Position numbers and translations under genes: made by a program. A stretch of DNA of 64,000 nt from Chrysomallon squamiferum. Taxonomy: Eukaryota > Animalia > Mollusca. Below are positions 45,036-59,408 of the stretch, one piece after another (the stretch's first letter is position 1; every line of letters starts with the position of its first letter). The notes beneath the pieces are model-generated. The model did no database searches. It was not told the DNA's origin and worked only from the letters and a program-made list of their open reading frames with translations. The stretch is from the NCBI GenBank assembly GCA_012295275.1, contig CM022672.1, forward strand, positions 12,648,001 to 12,712,000, read 5' to 3'.

Positions 45036-48000
45036 TCACGAAGGTGGTGGTCCATCTGGCTGAGGATGCAGGTAACCACACGAATTGCCAAAACGACATT
45101 TTTTCTTGGCCAAAAAATGACGACAAACTGGAGGCACTCCTGAAATTTAAAAAAAATATATAAACAATAATAAATAATAAACAATAATAAACAATAATAA
45201 ATAAAAAAAACTAAATCATTTTCATTAATGGTACAGTAAAACCAGTAAACAATTTCATTAAAGAAGCCAGCCAAACAAAATTTTCTTAACAGTTGTTAAT
45301 CTGTAATGAACATTTTACATTTTCAAGATCAAGAAAATACCAGACCATTACATTTTCTTTTTTCTTCCAGCTGGTTCAGTGTAATATACTGATTAATTTA
45401 ATAACTAATAAACAAACATATTTTAAATGTAACTGTAGGTGTTTAAGACTCTTAACCTGTCTATAAGTGAACTCACTATGTGTATTTTTTTAACAGTGTT
45501 AATGTAGTTTTAATTATGAAATTTAGTAATTTACCTCTTCCTCTCCCACCTCTCATCATTCTGGGTGGTGGGCCTCTTGGTCCACCCATTGGAGGTGGTC
45601 CACTTGGTCCTCTCATTGGAAAGCCTGGGCCTGGCATTCTCACTGGTCCTTGAGGTCCTCCCATCATTCCATCTCCCCACTGGTCATCACCTGGTCCAAA
45701 CTGATTAGGACCTGTAAATACAATGTAAAAATATATATATATATATTATTTAGTAACAATATTAGAAAAGAAATAAAATAATTTTCCCCAAAAGAAATTA
45801 TTTATCACATTCAAAACAGACAACTGCCTTTCAATTATAAACCAAAAAAACCCCCAAAAACAAAAGTAAAACAAAAGAAAATTACTTATTTTTGTATTTA
45901 ACTGACATGTGGACAGAATGAACTTTAAACTGTAATTATGTTATTATTACCTGGAAGTGGGAAACAAATACGAGGCCCTGGTGGTCCCTGTGGTGGACCT
46001 TGCATCATGGGATGAAAACCAGGTGGAGCATTCCCAAGCAGTCCAGGTCTTAGAGGCATACCCCCAAGTGGTACAAGACCAGGTTGCTGGGGGCCACTGG
46101 GCTGGAGGTACCCATGTAGATATTCTAAACACAACAAAATAATAAATATTTAAAGCTCTGTCAATGCTGAAGTTCATTCATAACAAAAAATTCATCTCTT
46201 TAATCCCTATATATTTGAAAAATGTATTTTGTTTAGAAGACCAATACTGTATTTATTCTACATTTACATGAAAATGAACTTAGATCATTATAAATGTGTT
46301 GTAAGATAAAGTGTATACGTGTATACATATCTATCTATCACTCTATATATATATATGGCTTATTTACTTTTTCAACCTAAATTAAAGAAATATGAATAAA
46401 AAGTTACTTTACCTGGTAACTGGTTCTTGAAAGGTTCAAGTGCTTGTTTTAGTTTGTCCAATAATTCCGTAGCTTTGCTGTCTTGACCAGCCTAGACAAA
46501 AAGTAAAATTCTTAGTTATTTAAATGCTAAATCAATGTATTTATACAACGAATATAATTCACTATAGATTTAAAAATCAATAAATCAATAAATAATCATT
46601 AAATAACAAATAAATAAATAAATAAATAAATGAATAAATAAAAGCTGAAACCAATTTGAAAAAAACCCAAAAAGAAAATGAAAAAGAAACAAAGTGAAAA
46701 TAAACCAAGAAAACTATGATAAGCAAAATCAATAAATGAAAAATAATCAAACTCACCATTAATCTGTTCAGTATGTGCTGGACATTGGCCAGGGTGTTGT
46801 TTGCCATGCTCTGTGGTGATTCACCAGGGCCATGTGGTACTTGGAAGGATGCTAAAACTCCTGCTACTTCTGGTGGGAGCTGAAAGCTGCCGTTGGCTGT
46901 GACTATCTGAGCATTGGGATCAAATTCTGGATCATACGGTAAAGAGTTTGGACTGACTTGTGGGTTTTTAGGATTCTGTATTGGCGGCAAAGGATGCAAC
47001 ATCATTGGCGCAGGTTTGACGTTGTCGTAGGTGTGAACAAATTCTTCACCTGAATTAGTTTCCTGCAAATATGCAAAAAGGTAAAAATAATGAAAAATAA
47101 CTTTCAGTTTGCATAGTATTTATTTTAATAATGTCAGTAAAGAAAAAAAAGAAAGAAAAGAAAATGAAACATTAACAATCAAATTAAAATGTAAATTAAC
47201 TGAAGTACTCACATCTTCTAATGGAATAATTTTTTGCTGTGATGGTTCTATAGGTTCTGGTTCTGGTTCAGCTGGAGTATCTGGAAGCCTGAAAATAAAA
47301 AGGAAAAATAATATAAAAAATATTTTAAAATATTAAAATATACAGGTTTTTTTTTCAAAAATATTAATTACAACAAATCTTAAAAGATCAGAAATCCTCT
47401 GGGATGATACCAAAACATCACCAAAAGATGTTAAACAAAGTGGAAGAAATTCAAGAACTTTGAAGGTTCTATCTATCAAAATGATTGTCTGCTACACAGT
47501 TTCTCAAAGAATAATACCAATAATCCAACATTTTGCTAAATAACATGACTTACATGGACTTGTCGAAAAATATTGCCTGCAGTACTTTCTGCTCTCTGGC
47601 TTTCTGAACGTCTTTTTCAATGCTGTTAGCACCTCTTTCAACAAGTGCACCAACCACATCCAAGGCTGCAGGACGTCGCCACTATAAAACAATCACAATT
47701 TAAGGGTACTTAAATGCATAAAAAACAACTTTCTCTGGTTTAAATAAAACTGGGAGCATGAAATTATGCTGAAAATGCACATATTTATAAAGGTATTTTT
47801 AATATACTTTTTCTAAATGCCAAGAAATCATGCCATTGCTAAAAAAATTAATATTCTGGCTTAATGAAAGATGAATAAATAACAACTAAACCTAATTTTA
47901 AAATATTTCAATGAAATTAAAAACCAGATTATTTGTATCATGTTAGCTTTATACAACCTACATATTAATAATATACAAGGGGGAATCACCAGACATTTAA

Positions 48001-51000
48001 CAAAATTACTAAACAAAAAATATGTATACCTGTATAGATTCCACCATATTATCATTTATCAAACGTTTGGCTGATTCCATTGCCTGTAAAAATGAAAGAA
48101 CAAAAGAAAATTCATTAAACATTTTAAATTTATTCTGAACATTAAATAACATTTGCTATGGATCCATGTTATAAAAATTACAATAATTTGGTTGTATTAT
48201 TGTAAAAAAAATTTCCTCATGAAATTGTAACCTACATGTAGAATGGAAAAAAAAAATTCTGTATCTTATTTTGCATATATATATATATATAATAATAATA
48301 AAAATAAATTACCTTTTTGTCCAAATGAGCTTCCTGCTTCTTCATTTCATTGAAATTTTTAGGTCTGTTAACATTTTCTATAATGAAAATAAAAAACAAG
48401 TCAAAATAAGTAAATGTTACATTTCCAGAAAAAAAAAAAAAAAAAAAATTATAAAAGTACAAACTGTACAAAATAATATGTTAAAATATGTAAATATTAT
48501 GTTGATAACTAAAGCAAATATAAAAATAATAAGAAATAAATATCCACCTCTTTCAGTCTCATCCAATTCAAAGTAAAATGTTTGCTTCAAATGAGGATCG
48601 GCTGCCCATGACACAGTCTTTCGTGGCTTTTTACGCTTCGTGGCTCCAGTTGTTAATACTCCTTTTGGTTCAGATGATGCATTCTCAGAACTGTTTGATT
48701 CATCATTTTTGACTGAATCTGAAGATCCTGGAACATTTTTTTATAAATATATAATCATATTAAATTATTATACTATATATAAGGAAAAAAATATAAAGAA
48801 AGAAAATATATAAATAAATAAAAATAAAAAAATAATTAAAAAAATAAAGACTTTCAAAATATATTTGAATATAACTGAGTTTTATATTTAAAGTCTGATG
48901 AACTTGCCAGCTTGAAGATAATACTTTATTATTATTTCTCTTCATATTTTACTCAAGCTAATTATTTTGGAACAACTAAAACTGTATAAATGATGTTAGA
49001 ATTTTTTTTTTGTCATTATTTTTTAAGACATAAACAAAAAAGCTGTCACAAAATTCTTATTCACCCCACTTAAATAATTATCAACATGTTTTTATTATTA
49101 ACTAACACTTATATTTTAATAAAATTAATATTTATTTAATCATTAATGATAAAAAATTTAATATTAAAAGCTATGGTTTCTCATATAATTCCAATACATA
49201 AATTAATGAACATTGAACAAGACTATGACATATTTTGCTAAGTAAGAATTATTATGAAAATGATAATAAAAACACACCTGCGACATCACCACCTTCGCTG
49301 ATTTCTTTATCCATTTCCACACTGTTTTGTTCTTCATCACCAGTTTTTGTGGTACTGCCACTCTCAGATGTGTCATCTCCAGTAGGTGATTGAACATCAG
49401 TTTCCATTTTTTCCTCTTGTCTTTCTTCCGTTGTCTCTAAAGTATCTTGATAAAACTGGGAGGAAAAAAAAAAATAAAAAATAAAAGATAAAAAAAAAAA
49501 GCCAAAGAAAAAACACAAAAAAACCAAAGCACTTTTGTAAAATGCTTAATAAAAATTAAAAAATAAATCTTTCATGAAATACTCAACAACAACACTATTT
49601 ATGGAATTTAGAAATCACTTTGCCTTTCAAAACAAGATAACATACTTTGCAATATACTCATAAAAGTGAACCCCCTCCCCCAAAAAAATTAATCTGAAGA
49701 ATTTTATAAAATTTATCAAATTTAAAAGAAAAATAATAACAATTAAGAATAAAAAATAACAATAAGTATATAAATATAATTAAAAAGAACTAATTTCATT
49801 AAAAAAATATCTTGTTAATGCATACTGATGGAACTGATGGAAGTTTATGTGCCATTGCGGTTGTAGGTGAGATTGGAGTTGATGGTGTAGTTGGAGGTGT
49901 GGCTTGTTTTCCTGCAGCCGTTTTCTTCCTTCTCTTCATGCTACCATACGACACTGGCTTTGTAAGACTGTCCATAAAACCACTACTGTCTTGAATTTCA
50001 TGAGCTGGAGCTGTCAAGTTAAGATTTCAGTTCACATTAACATTAAAAATAAAAATGAAAATGAACTTCTTTTAGCACGTAAAAAAAATAAAAAAATAAA
50101 AAGAAGTAAAATAATAATTTAAAAAAAGTCAAATACACTTTGCTTAATTCTAAAAAAATAAAAAATAAAAAAATAAAAATAATAATAATAATAACAACTA
50201 AACAACAAGTTAAAATAATAAATAAAAAGCTGGTGTATTTTATAAATGTAATAGGTTTATTCAACATTTAACACTTCATTTTATCTTTAACATTTTCCAT
50301 ATGAATTGTTTTATCAAGATAATCAAAATTTATTTCTTGGTGATTATACTTACGTCTCTTTGGAGGAATTAACTTTATTTTTCCATGGGTAACTTCTGGT
50401 GGGGAAATACTGCTTGAGGTGCCAGGTAATGTAGGTGGTGGCACACTGAGTGAAAGACGAGGTTTTTTATCTATGTGTTCATCAAGTCTCAGATCATGAC
50501 TGTAAATACAAAAGAATTTGAAAATCATTTCACAAACTAACTAAAGATTAATTTATTACTTTTCAACTGCTTATTCAAGTTTTACACATTAAAACTGTTA
50601 AATGCTATTTCCTTTTAATTTCTAGGCACTTACGTTATATGAAATGTCAAATTAAAAACTTATATCTAAAATTATTTGGGTGATATAAATCATATATTAA
50701 TAATTACAAATAAGTGGTTTTTTGTTTCTGTTTCAAACATTCTCCCTTACAAATGCTTCAGTAATAAACATTTAATAAAATTATCCATCATTTAAGATGG
50801 CAGATGAATAAATTAATTCCAGTGTTTGAAATACCTATTTAACAAATTCATTACTTACAGCAATCTTTTTGGCGGTAGTGCTTTAGGAATATTATCTTGA
50901 GATTTTTTCTTTATTGCTGGTAATGTCTGATCTTCTAAACCTGAAATTTTTTAAATATATATTTGTTAGGAACCAATTTTTCATTTTAAATTTGGTTATA

Positions 51001-54000
51001 CACATACCTATGTAATACTTAAACAGACTGTGTATCTTTCCTGCCACTGTTATTTACCTTTTACTTGTATACTATATCCCTTATAATTGTATGCCTGATG
51101 TTAAAATGGCTTCATATATAATTAATTTCACTGTCTCTATTTTATTTCTGAATTATGGAAACCCAAAATATTCCCAAAGCAGTAAAACTACCCTGTACAT
51201 TTTTTTTATAAGACTAGCATTTATTAGGTTCGTCAAGATAAAACTGTTGCTTTGTGTTACATTCTTAGTTGATTAATCCTAACTGACACGAAGCAAATGT
51301 TTATTTTTTAAATAATACTGAGACTATTGATACCAAAATGTCTTTTATTTGTTCTCTCAAAATGTATATTTGTTGTTTTGCACAGCTCTCTTGGACACTC
51401 AGTAAAATATATTTAAAAACTGATCCAGAACATTACTGAAATATCTTTTATTTTTTCTCTCAAAATATAAACTTGTTGTTATGTATAACATTTTGAATTG
51501 AAAATGTAATATATTTAAATGCAATTTGTGGTTATAAGTTAGTGTTGTTTAATGATTATCAATTTATTATCACATGTAATCCCTCATTCAAACTGAAACA
51601 AATGACAATAAAGCTAATGAAGTATTCTCCAGGCTTGTTCAGTTTAATAATAAAGATGTTTATATTGTTTACAGAACAAAATAATGAGAAAAGCAAGTTA
51701 TTTTATTCCTTTAGTGGACAGTATTGATCAAGGTTTCTGCTTACAGACAAAATTAGCTTCATTCCAAATAATTTTACTGTCTTGTGTTTGGTGTGTAGTG
51801 CAGCAATAATGTATGTTAATAAATGCCTTCAAATAACACAGTCCTTTATGACGTAGATGAATAAACTACTCAGCACAAGTACATTTTAATACACAATAAA
51901 ACAAAATACATTTTTACATAAGATTGAATAAAGATTATTAAAAACAAAGACCATTAACACCAGGGCTTGGTTGATAATGCAGAGACATTTCACAAACTTT
52001 TGGGGATTAGGTTTGGTTTTTATTCCCATTTTTTTCGTCTGTCTCTCTCTGCCTTTACTAACCTGTTGACCGAAATTTTCCTGAAAAAGATTTCACAGTT
52101 GAAGTTCTTTTCTTGGAAGTAGTCTCACTACTAGAGTCACTATTTTTAGACTGGTTAGTTCTATCATTTATAACATTTTTATCATTTTTATTAGCTGAGT
52201 CCAATGATGATGTATTATCTTTAAGTCTAGCGTCTCCATCTTTAACACTATCAGAGTTGTGATGATGTTGTGAATGGTGCTGTGACTTGTCTTTCTTTTC
52301 TTTATTGTCCTTGTCTTTATGCTTATTGTTTTTACTTTCCTTTTTCTTCTTTGGTTTATCTAGACAAATAAAAACACATATTTGTATTTTCATTTGTTGC
52401 AGCAGAAAACATCAAACTATATGACCCTTCAAGGGAGAATTAAATTATTTTAAAGTAAATTTACAAACTATTATGGTGCATACATCAAATACATTTATGA
52501 TCTATTACCCATTGAAAACATCAAAAATAAATAAACATATGAAAAAAAAGAAAGAAGAAATAATAATTATAATAATTAAAAAAATAAATACCCATAATGA
52601 AGTAAATATTAATATACATTTGAAAAAAAAAATTACTTAGTGAATCCTTCTTCCAGAAAAGATAAAAAATGAATAAATAAATATAATAAATATATTAAAT
52701 AAATAAATAAATAATGAAAAAATATATTGCTTGGCAAAACAAGAACAAGAATAACTATTTGTGACATACCAGAATCATTTTCTGAACTACTTTTCTCACG
52801 TACTTTCTTCATCCAAGATTCTACAATTGTACTTGAGAGCATTTTTACCTCTGAAATAGGCAAAAATATAGATTACATTTTTATTGTATGTTTATCAAAA
52901 AAATGCTGCTGCACTATTTATCCAACTAGAATTTTCAGAATTTTCTTCTTGTTAAATTTGAACATACATGGAGAATAATTCAGGCAAATCAATACTTTTG
53001 GTAAAAATACATACAAAATTAATTAATGAGTATGTGTTTTATATTAATATTTATTAGATATTCTTATCAATACTAATAACAAATCAGTATAATACAAACA
53101 TCTTTTTGAAAACATATATATATATATATAGAAGAATAATTAAAAAATAAAATAAAATAAAATAAAGTAAAACAAAATGTATAAATACACATTTTCTCAT
53201 CAATTTATTTAATATCAAATCAGTGTTTTAACACTTACTTTCATCAACGTTAACTTAATACTAATTTTAATACAATAATAATACAATATGTACTTACTCT
53301 CACATGATCCTTATTTGAAATCAATGATAACTACTATTAAATCAATGCACCACACTTGTAACATGTAACAGAGGAACAATATACTCTTACTCTCATCTAT
53401 ATATATAGCCTAGCAGTATGAAATCAAAACAGCAGATACTTACTTTCATCAATTTTTACTAATATTAAATGAATACACTACACTTAATTTCCTCAATGCA
53501 AACTAGTAATAAACTGATACAGCCCACACTGTTTCATCAGTGTTTACAAATACTGAAACAGAATACTAGCACCAGATCAATGCTCTACACATTTTCTGTC
53601 ATCAGTTTAGACTTAATACTATATCAACATACTTACTCTCGTCACTAATTTTGCCCAGCTGTTTTATTGTTTTCGCTGCATTGTTCTGCTTGAGCATATC
53701 CACAGTAACTGGAAGGGCTTGATAGACTTTGAGAATCTCAATTGTCACTGGGTGATTTTCCAGTTCTTTTGAATCTTGAAGCCAGTTATTCAGTATGTCC
53801 CAGCCTCCTGACTCTACAAATCTTCAATACAATTAAAAAAAAAAAAAACATGAATGATAAATAAAGTAAAAACTTACCTACAAAGAAAAACCTGTTACAA
53901 TTTTAAAAAGGTGAAAATGAAAAATGCAATTACTGTCTTTGTATTTTCTGAAATCATTAACAAATGTTCAATAAAACAATATTTTGAACATTAAGTTAGA

Positions 54001-54213
54001 AAAAAAAAAAGTATTAATGCTAAAAAAGAATAGCCTTTGATAATCCAGTGCTGGGATACTAGCTTGAATTGAGAAGAGCTAATCTAGACTTGGATCAGCC
54101 CTAATCCATGCCTTTATTCTGTTTATATATTGTTTAACAACATTCATTCTTCCTACAACAAGCAACATTATAACAAATAAAACTGATTTAAAAAACAAAA
54201 AAATAATAACAAC

Positions 54214-54254
<41 letters not shown>

Positions 54255-57200
54255 AGAAGAAACAAGAAAGAAAAATAATAGCTAAATGCAGATAAAGGAA
54301 ATTACTTACTTGTTAATAGCATCTTGATCTTGTGTTGATTTGATAATATTACAGTAAATACATCTAGCAACAAGCTTACTAGCATCTTTCATAAGACTGT
54401 AAATAGAACAAATAAAGAACATTAAAATACCTTTCATAAAAACAAAAACACCCAAAATATTAAAACATATCAAAATAACACGTTTTTTTTTTTTTCTATT
54501 CAATCAAAATCAATTTATTTAATCTAAATTTAAAAAAAAAAAAAAACGGACTACTGTTTTAAATTTTCATCAGGGCATATTTCATATCAGAGAAAGATTA
54601 AAAAAATGCATATGAAGAACTTATAAAAATCAAACATTAACTGGAAGAAACAAAGAAAGGAAAAATAAATTGCTAATGACCTATTATATAGGTAGAAATC
54701 AAAATACCTGGATATTCGGATAGCTTCTGTTGCACCTTTTATACCCCCAGATAGGGTTAAAAGTGGTTTTAACGCTTCTAACAGCTGGTGTGGATCAACA
54801 GGAGCCTGTAATGGAGTAAAATATACACAGATTTAAAAACAGTAGAAAGAAAAGTGATAGACAATATAGTTACAGTATTACTAGCTTGTGGATGTCTGAT
54901 TGTTGAGGTTTATTTGGTCCACCTAACATCAACATTAGTATGTTTTATCAAAGTTCTTTTTTCTTCAAAACAGAATGCGCACAAGTGTGGAGGTAAGTCC
55001 ATTTTTTAAAATCCTAATTAGTGTTGTTTAATAGTGATCCAAGTGTTTCAGTATAAAATATAAATGTAAAATAACCACAGAATAAAAATTAAAAAAAATG
55101 TTGTCTGCCCAAGGAATACCACACTAAATTCATGTATTCAGTATTATTCATTTTTCTTTAAATAACTATGACTTTTATATTTTTAATTGTGCAAGCCAAA
55201 TATCTGTCTTAAATGTATAGTATAATAATTTTTTGACATTAAAAAAATAAATGAATAATAAAAAAAGTATAAAAAGAATCAGGAGTATGCATTCATCAGG
55301 TTCATGGGGTGGGGGTGTAACACACTTTCAGTTCTTACTTAATCAGCTCCCAACAAAAATAAAATCCAAGAACTGTACCATGTTATTAAAGCAAAATATA
55401 CTGTGAAAACTCAAAACCACGATTAGTAAATAAAAACACACAATAAAACTGTACAAATTCCAGAGCAGAACCATAGCATCACAAAAAGATTTTAATGAAA
55501 ATAATTTAGGAAATTAAATAATGATACTGTTCTTGCTAAGACCTGATTACTCTTCATGGAGTACTTTAAAAGATTATTAGCTGAAAATTGAATTGTCCTA
55601 TGCACTAAAAAAAATACACAAAAAACTGCTACCATCTGAATTTATAGTTCTTGCAAGTTTCATTTTTATAAGACATAAATTATAAACTGTGGTGTGTCAA
55701 AATCCCATTCCCCATTGTATTGAGTGCTGTGTGACTGTTTTATCAGACATCACAGTATACACTTTCCAGTTTATCAGTAATTGAAATTATTGAAACAGCT
55801 TGTCTCTCACATTCTGACTAGCACCCGTCAAATGTTATTTTTAAAAACTAATTTATAAATAAATAAACAAAACAAAAATATTTTTTTAAGTTAACCAGTT
55901 CTATGCTTGTTACATAACCAGTTATTTTTGGAAACCATTTTAAAGGGCATTTTAATTTCTTTTATGAAAAATAATCTTTTATTTGTTCACTTGAATAAAG
56001 TATGCATATAAAGTTATAAATTTATTATTAACTGCTTTGGTGTCCTATTAAGCAGTTTTCATTGCATTATAATAGATATATTAAAAAGATGGATTGTGCT
56101 GTTCCATTTGTGAAAATTATGTATAAATGACTACTGGTTACTAATAAGAGAGAGAGAGAAAAAAAATGTATATATATATAATAATTATAACACATTTCAA
56201 ATTAAAGATAAAAAATGATTAAACATATTGTTAAAGAAAAACAAAATGTGTGTATTATATATGTATATGTGTATGTATGTACATAATATATATATATTTG
56301 TAACTTAAATTATTTCCATTAACTGAAAACAAAAAGGCAAAGACTACAAAAATAAAATCTGAGACCCGATATATCTAGAGCCTATTTTAAGCACTCATGA
56401 CTGAAATTCTTTACACAAAATTTGTTCCCACATCTGTATATATTAAATTTATGAATAAACACTGAAAATGTATTATTATTTAATAAATTATAGTCCTATT
56501 AGTTTATAAACACAGATTAATTTAGTGTAAACATGGGGAGGGGGAAGGTAAGAAAAGAAAAATGTAATTCCTTAATTGAATTTCATCTCTGAAAATAAGC
56601 TCACCACCAACCAGTAACCTAACCATAATACCAGTGGTGTAAAGAATCTAAGCCACATTTATAAGTGTGTTCAGTAAATAAATATCTTCAATAGGTCAAT
56701 GCCCGTATTTTAACCACACCACCAAGCAAAACTGAAGTAAATACTTCTTCACTTTTGTTCAGTTATCACTGATGTTTCTTAATTAAATGAATAAAATATT
56801 CTGTAGCAAGCCTCATGCACAGCAGCTCATTTAATCTAATTATTTCTTTTTCAACTAAATGAAACAGCTTAAACAACTGCCAAAGAAACTACCAAATAAA
56901 ATAATGTTTTATAATATAGTAGTATAATAGTGATTGTGAATGATTATTTCATTGTTAGCTGTGCTGTATATAAACATTAATAAATAAATACATGTTTAGT
57001 CTATAAATCTGTATGTGCTTTTTTTAATGGAAAACCACAAGCCTACCAATTCAAATTAAATGTTTTTTCTAAATAAATGAATGTTTAATGGCAGCATCTT
57101 TTTTTATGGACAGTGATTCTCAAAAGATGGCGTATTCTTACTGATTATCAGCTAGAGACATTTTATACATACCTTCTCACGTACAGAAAAAGCATACTCA

Positions 57201-57702
57201 TTATTATGCATGCACACACACACTTGCACATACATATACACAAACATACATTAGTAGGGCAGTGCAGAAAAGTGACAGAACTGTCCAGTTTTAGATTAGT
57301 TCTAACAAAACTTGAATTTGAACAAATTACATCAGGATTTTATCCCTTTAATGCATTACAATAACCATGACTGTTATAATTACCAACGATGTTGGAGATA
57401 ATCACAGTTAAAACTGGATGTGTCAACATAAATTTCCCTTGCATATAATAGTGTACTACAGGGTATAATTGGATCTAGAATCTTAAAAGAACTGGAAACC
57501 AAAAATAAAAACTACTACATCTTGTGAAGAGATTTTCCCAATGAAAATCAGTAAGGATAGTCCAAAATCATGCCACTTTTTTCTGTTCTAAATTGTCAAT
57601 GCATGTAATAAATTTTAAATATTTTGTCAGAGAATATCAGTGGTAAATGACATGCATTTATTAATTAGATTTGATCTACTAATAAATTCTGACATTTACC
57701 AC

Positions 57703-57741
<39 letters not shown>

Positions 57742-58743
57742 CTATATAAACATTTTTAAAGAAATTAATTTCAACTGACAAAATTTTAAAAAAAAATAAT
57801 AGAAAAACCTACAGGTAAATAAAATATTCTACATTTTTTTCCCATGAGAAACAATTTAAAATGCATTTCTAATTCATGTATTTCACATGGACATTTAAAT
57901 GTAAGTTAGCAGAAACAAAAAAAAAAAAAAAAAAAAAAAAAAAGAAAGGAAAAAAGATTAGTAATAAAAAAATTAGATAGATGAGAAAATCCGTATTAAG
58001 TTTTAGTGTTCCCCAGTCAAATGAACCAGTCTGGTAAATGATCTCTAATTTTATCCGTCATATATCAGGGTTTATTCCAAGTTTCAGCACACTTTTTAGA
58101 TTATTTATAAACTTATTTAAATGTACTTGCTCAATTTTTTGTTAATTAGAAAGACGTGGAAGTTATTTCATATAATTTATATTTCAATACCTATTTTTTG
58201 TTACTAAATACTCATGCAGGAAAAAAAATTTAAGATACAATATTCCATCCTGCATTTTTATTTTTTTTAAACACTATCATTAAAGAAAAGAAAAAAATAT
58301 ATATTGTATATATATATATATACAGAATACCCATCCCCATTTTAAAACCCAATATTTTCCTCATGTGTATCCCTTGTAAAATCCCACAAGTTTGAAAAAA
58401 TATCGGTTTGTCTCCTAACCCCAGTAAGATTACGGTTTGTTTTTTGTGCCTTTTCTAAATTAGTGTGTACTGCAACCTGTAGCTCATTTGTTACCTTGTG
58501 ACTGCAAATCATTCCTCATAGCCTTTGTTACAATTAACAAAAAAAGAAGGTTAAAAAAAAAAAAGAGGGACATTTATATTCTGTAACATAGGCTATAGTC
58601 TTTTTTAATACATAGTGAAGAGGCAGGCTATGAAAAATCAGTTGCATTTTTCACAAGGTACTCATTCGTCTACAGTGTGTATTCAGGTTTGAAAATGTTG
58701 TTGTTGGGTTTTTTAATTGGACTGAGGAAAGTCTGTGTACCAT
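45036..58743 (-). CDS. PPP1R10: Serine/threonine-protein phosphatase 1 regulatory subunit 10 (PNUTS), ~894 aa
   Basis: Exons (high-low): ATG at 58743-58741 (probable), 54805-54708, 54396-54310, 53821-53637, 52850-52770, 52359-52063, 50940-50859, 50499-50354, 50010-49826, 49455-49278, 48727-48548, 48377-48313, 48083-48030, 47681-47554, 47288-47213, 47062-46757, 46491-46413, 46124-45951, 45711-45535, 45139-45036; total 2685 nt in frame. Domains: N-terminal APVDPHQLL and TFIIS-N region (GGWDILNNWL, LPVTVDMLKQNN), PP1-binding RKTVSW...YFELDETER, a Gly/Pro/Met-rich region, and a C-terminal C-x8-C-x5-C-x3-H zinc finger (CRHFLAKKKCRFGNSCGYLH). The location of the ATG exon is the least certain part. 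Confidence 0.92.
53185..53645 (-). repeat. Degenerate ~45-55-bp tandem array of the PNUTS donor junction
   Basis: Variants of CTTAC-TYTCA(TCA) at ~53233, 53292, 53385 and 53438, and weaker ones at ~53190, 53480, 53527 and 53590, resemble the true junction ACTTAC|TCTCGTCA at 53631-53644. Confidence 0.65.
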
Positions 58744-58799
58744 GGTACTAGAGGATAGCATCCATCATCAATCACTGCAATGTTTGGTCATCAAAAGGC
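58741..58799 (-). other. PPP1R10: Short exon ending in the probable PNUTS start codon (ACCATG|GTACAC)
   Basis: Acceptor TCTTTTTACAG at 58800. The exon ends in ATG in phase 0, which joins GCT CCT GTT GAT CCA and gives the Kozak context ACCATGG after splicing. Confidence 0.6.
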
Positions 58800-59348
58800 C
58801 TGTAAAAAGAAAACAGTTGGAAATTAGGCAAAATTATTATGTAATTTTTAACATGTATGATAAAAATTACCAAATGTTTTTAAAAATATTGAAAATAAAT
58901 AATGTCTGATGAATACATTTTAGCAGAATGTGTATAGAGCAGATACATCTAACTGAAGGTTACTCAGTCCATTTTGTTAATTTGTGTTACCAAGATGCAC
59001 AATCTTCCCTGTAAGAAATATTAAATATTTTGAGTACCATGCATTGAAAATACAAGTTTTTATCAAGGCAGAAAGCACTCACCTATAAACAAACATGTTT
59101 TTTTTAAAATATTTCTCTAAGCAAGGGCAAAGAAATGAATGTCCAATTTCTTTCACAAATCAGCTGACAAAAATTTTAAAAATATTAAAAAATAAAAAGA
59201 CAAGAAATAATGAATTTTATCAATAACCAAATGTATTGTGTAATTTCTGGTTGCCGTTTTTTCAAGAAACATTCCACCACTTGCCCACTGCATACAATTT
59301 CTTCACAAAATCTTTCATTCTGACTTTTTATTTTATTTTTCTTCTTAC

Positions 59349-59408
59349 CTTGGTCTCCAACTCAATGAACAATTCACTCAACAATTTACTTGAAAATTGT
59401 TCAGAGTT
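59349..59408 (-). other. PPP1R10: Probable 5'UTR exon of PPP1R10
   Basis: GCCATTTTGTTTAG| acceptor and CAAG|GTAAGA donor flank a 60-nt segment. Confidence 0.55.

Noticed and set aside
48541-48547. Unusual donor GTGGATA as a possible U12 intron
   Set aside because: It does not match the U12 consensus RTATCCTT and is treated as a weak U2 donor.
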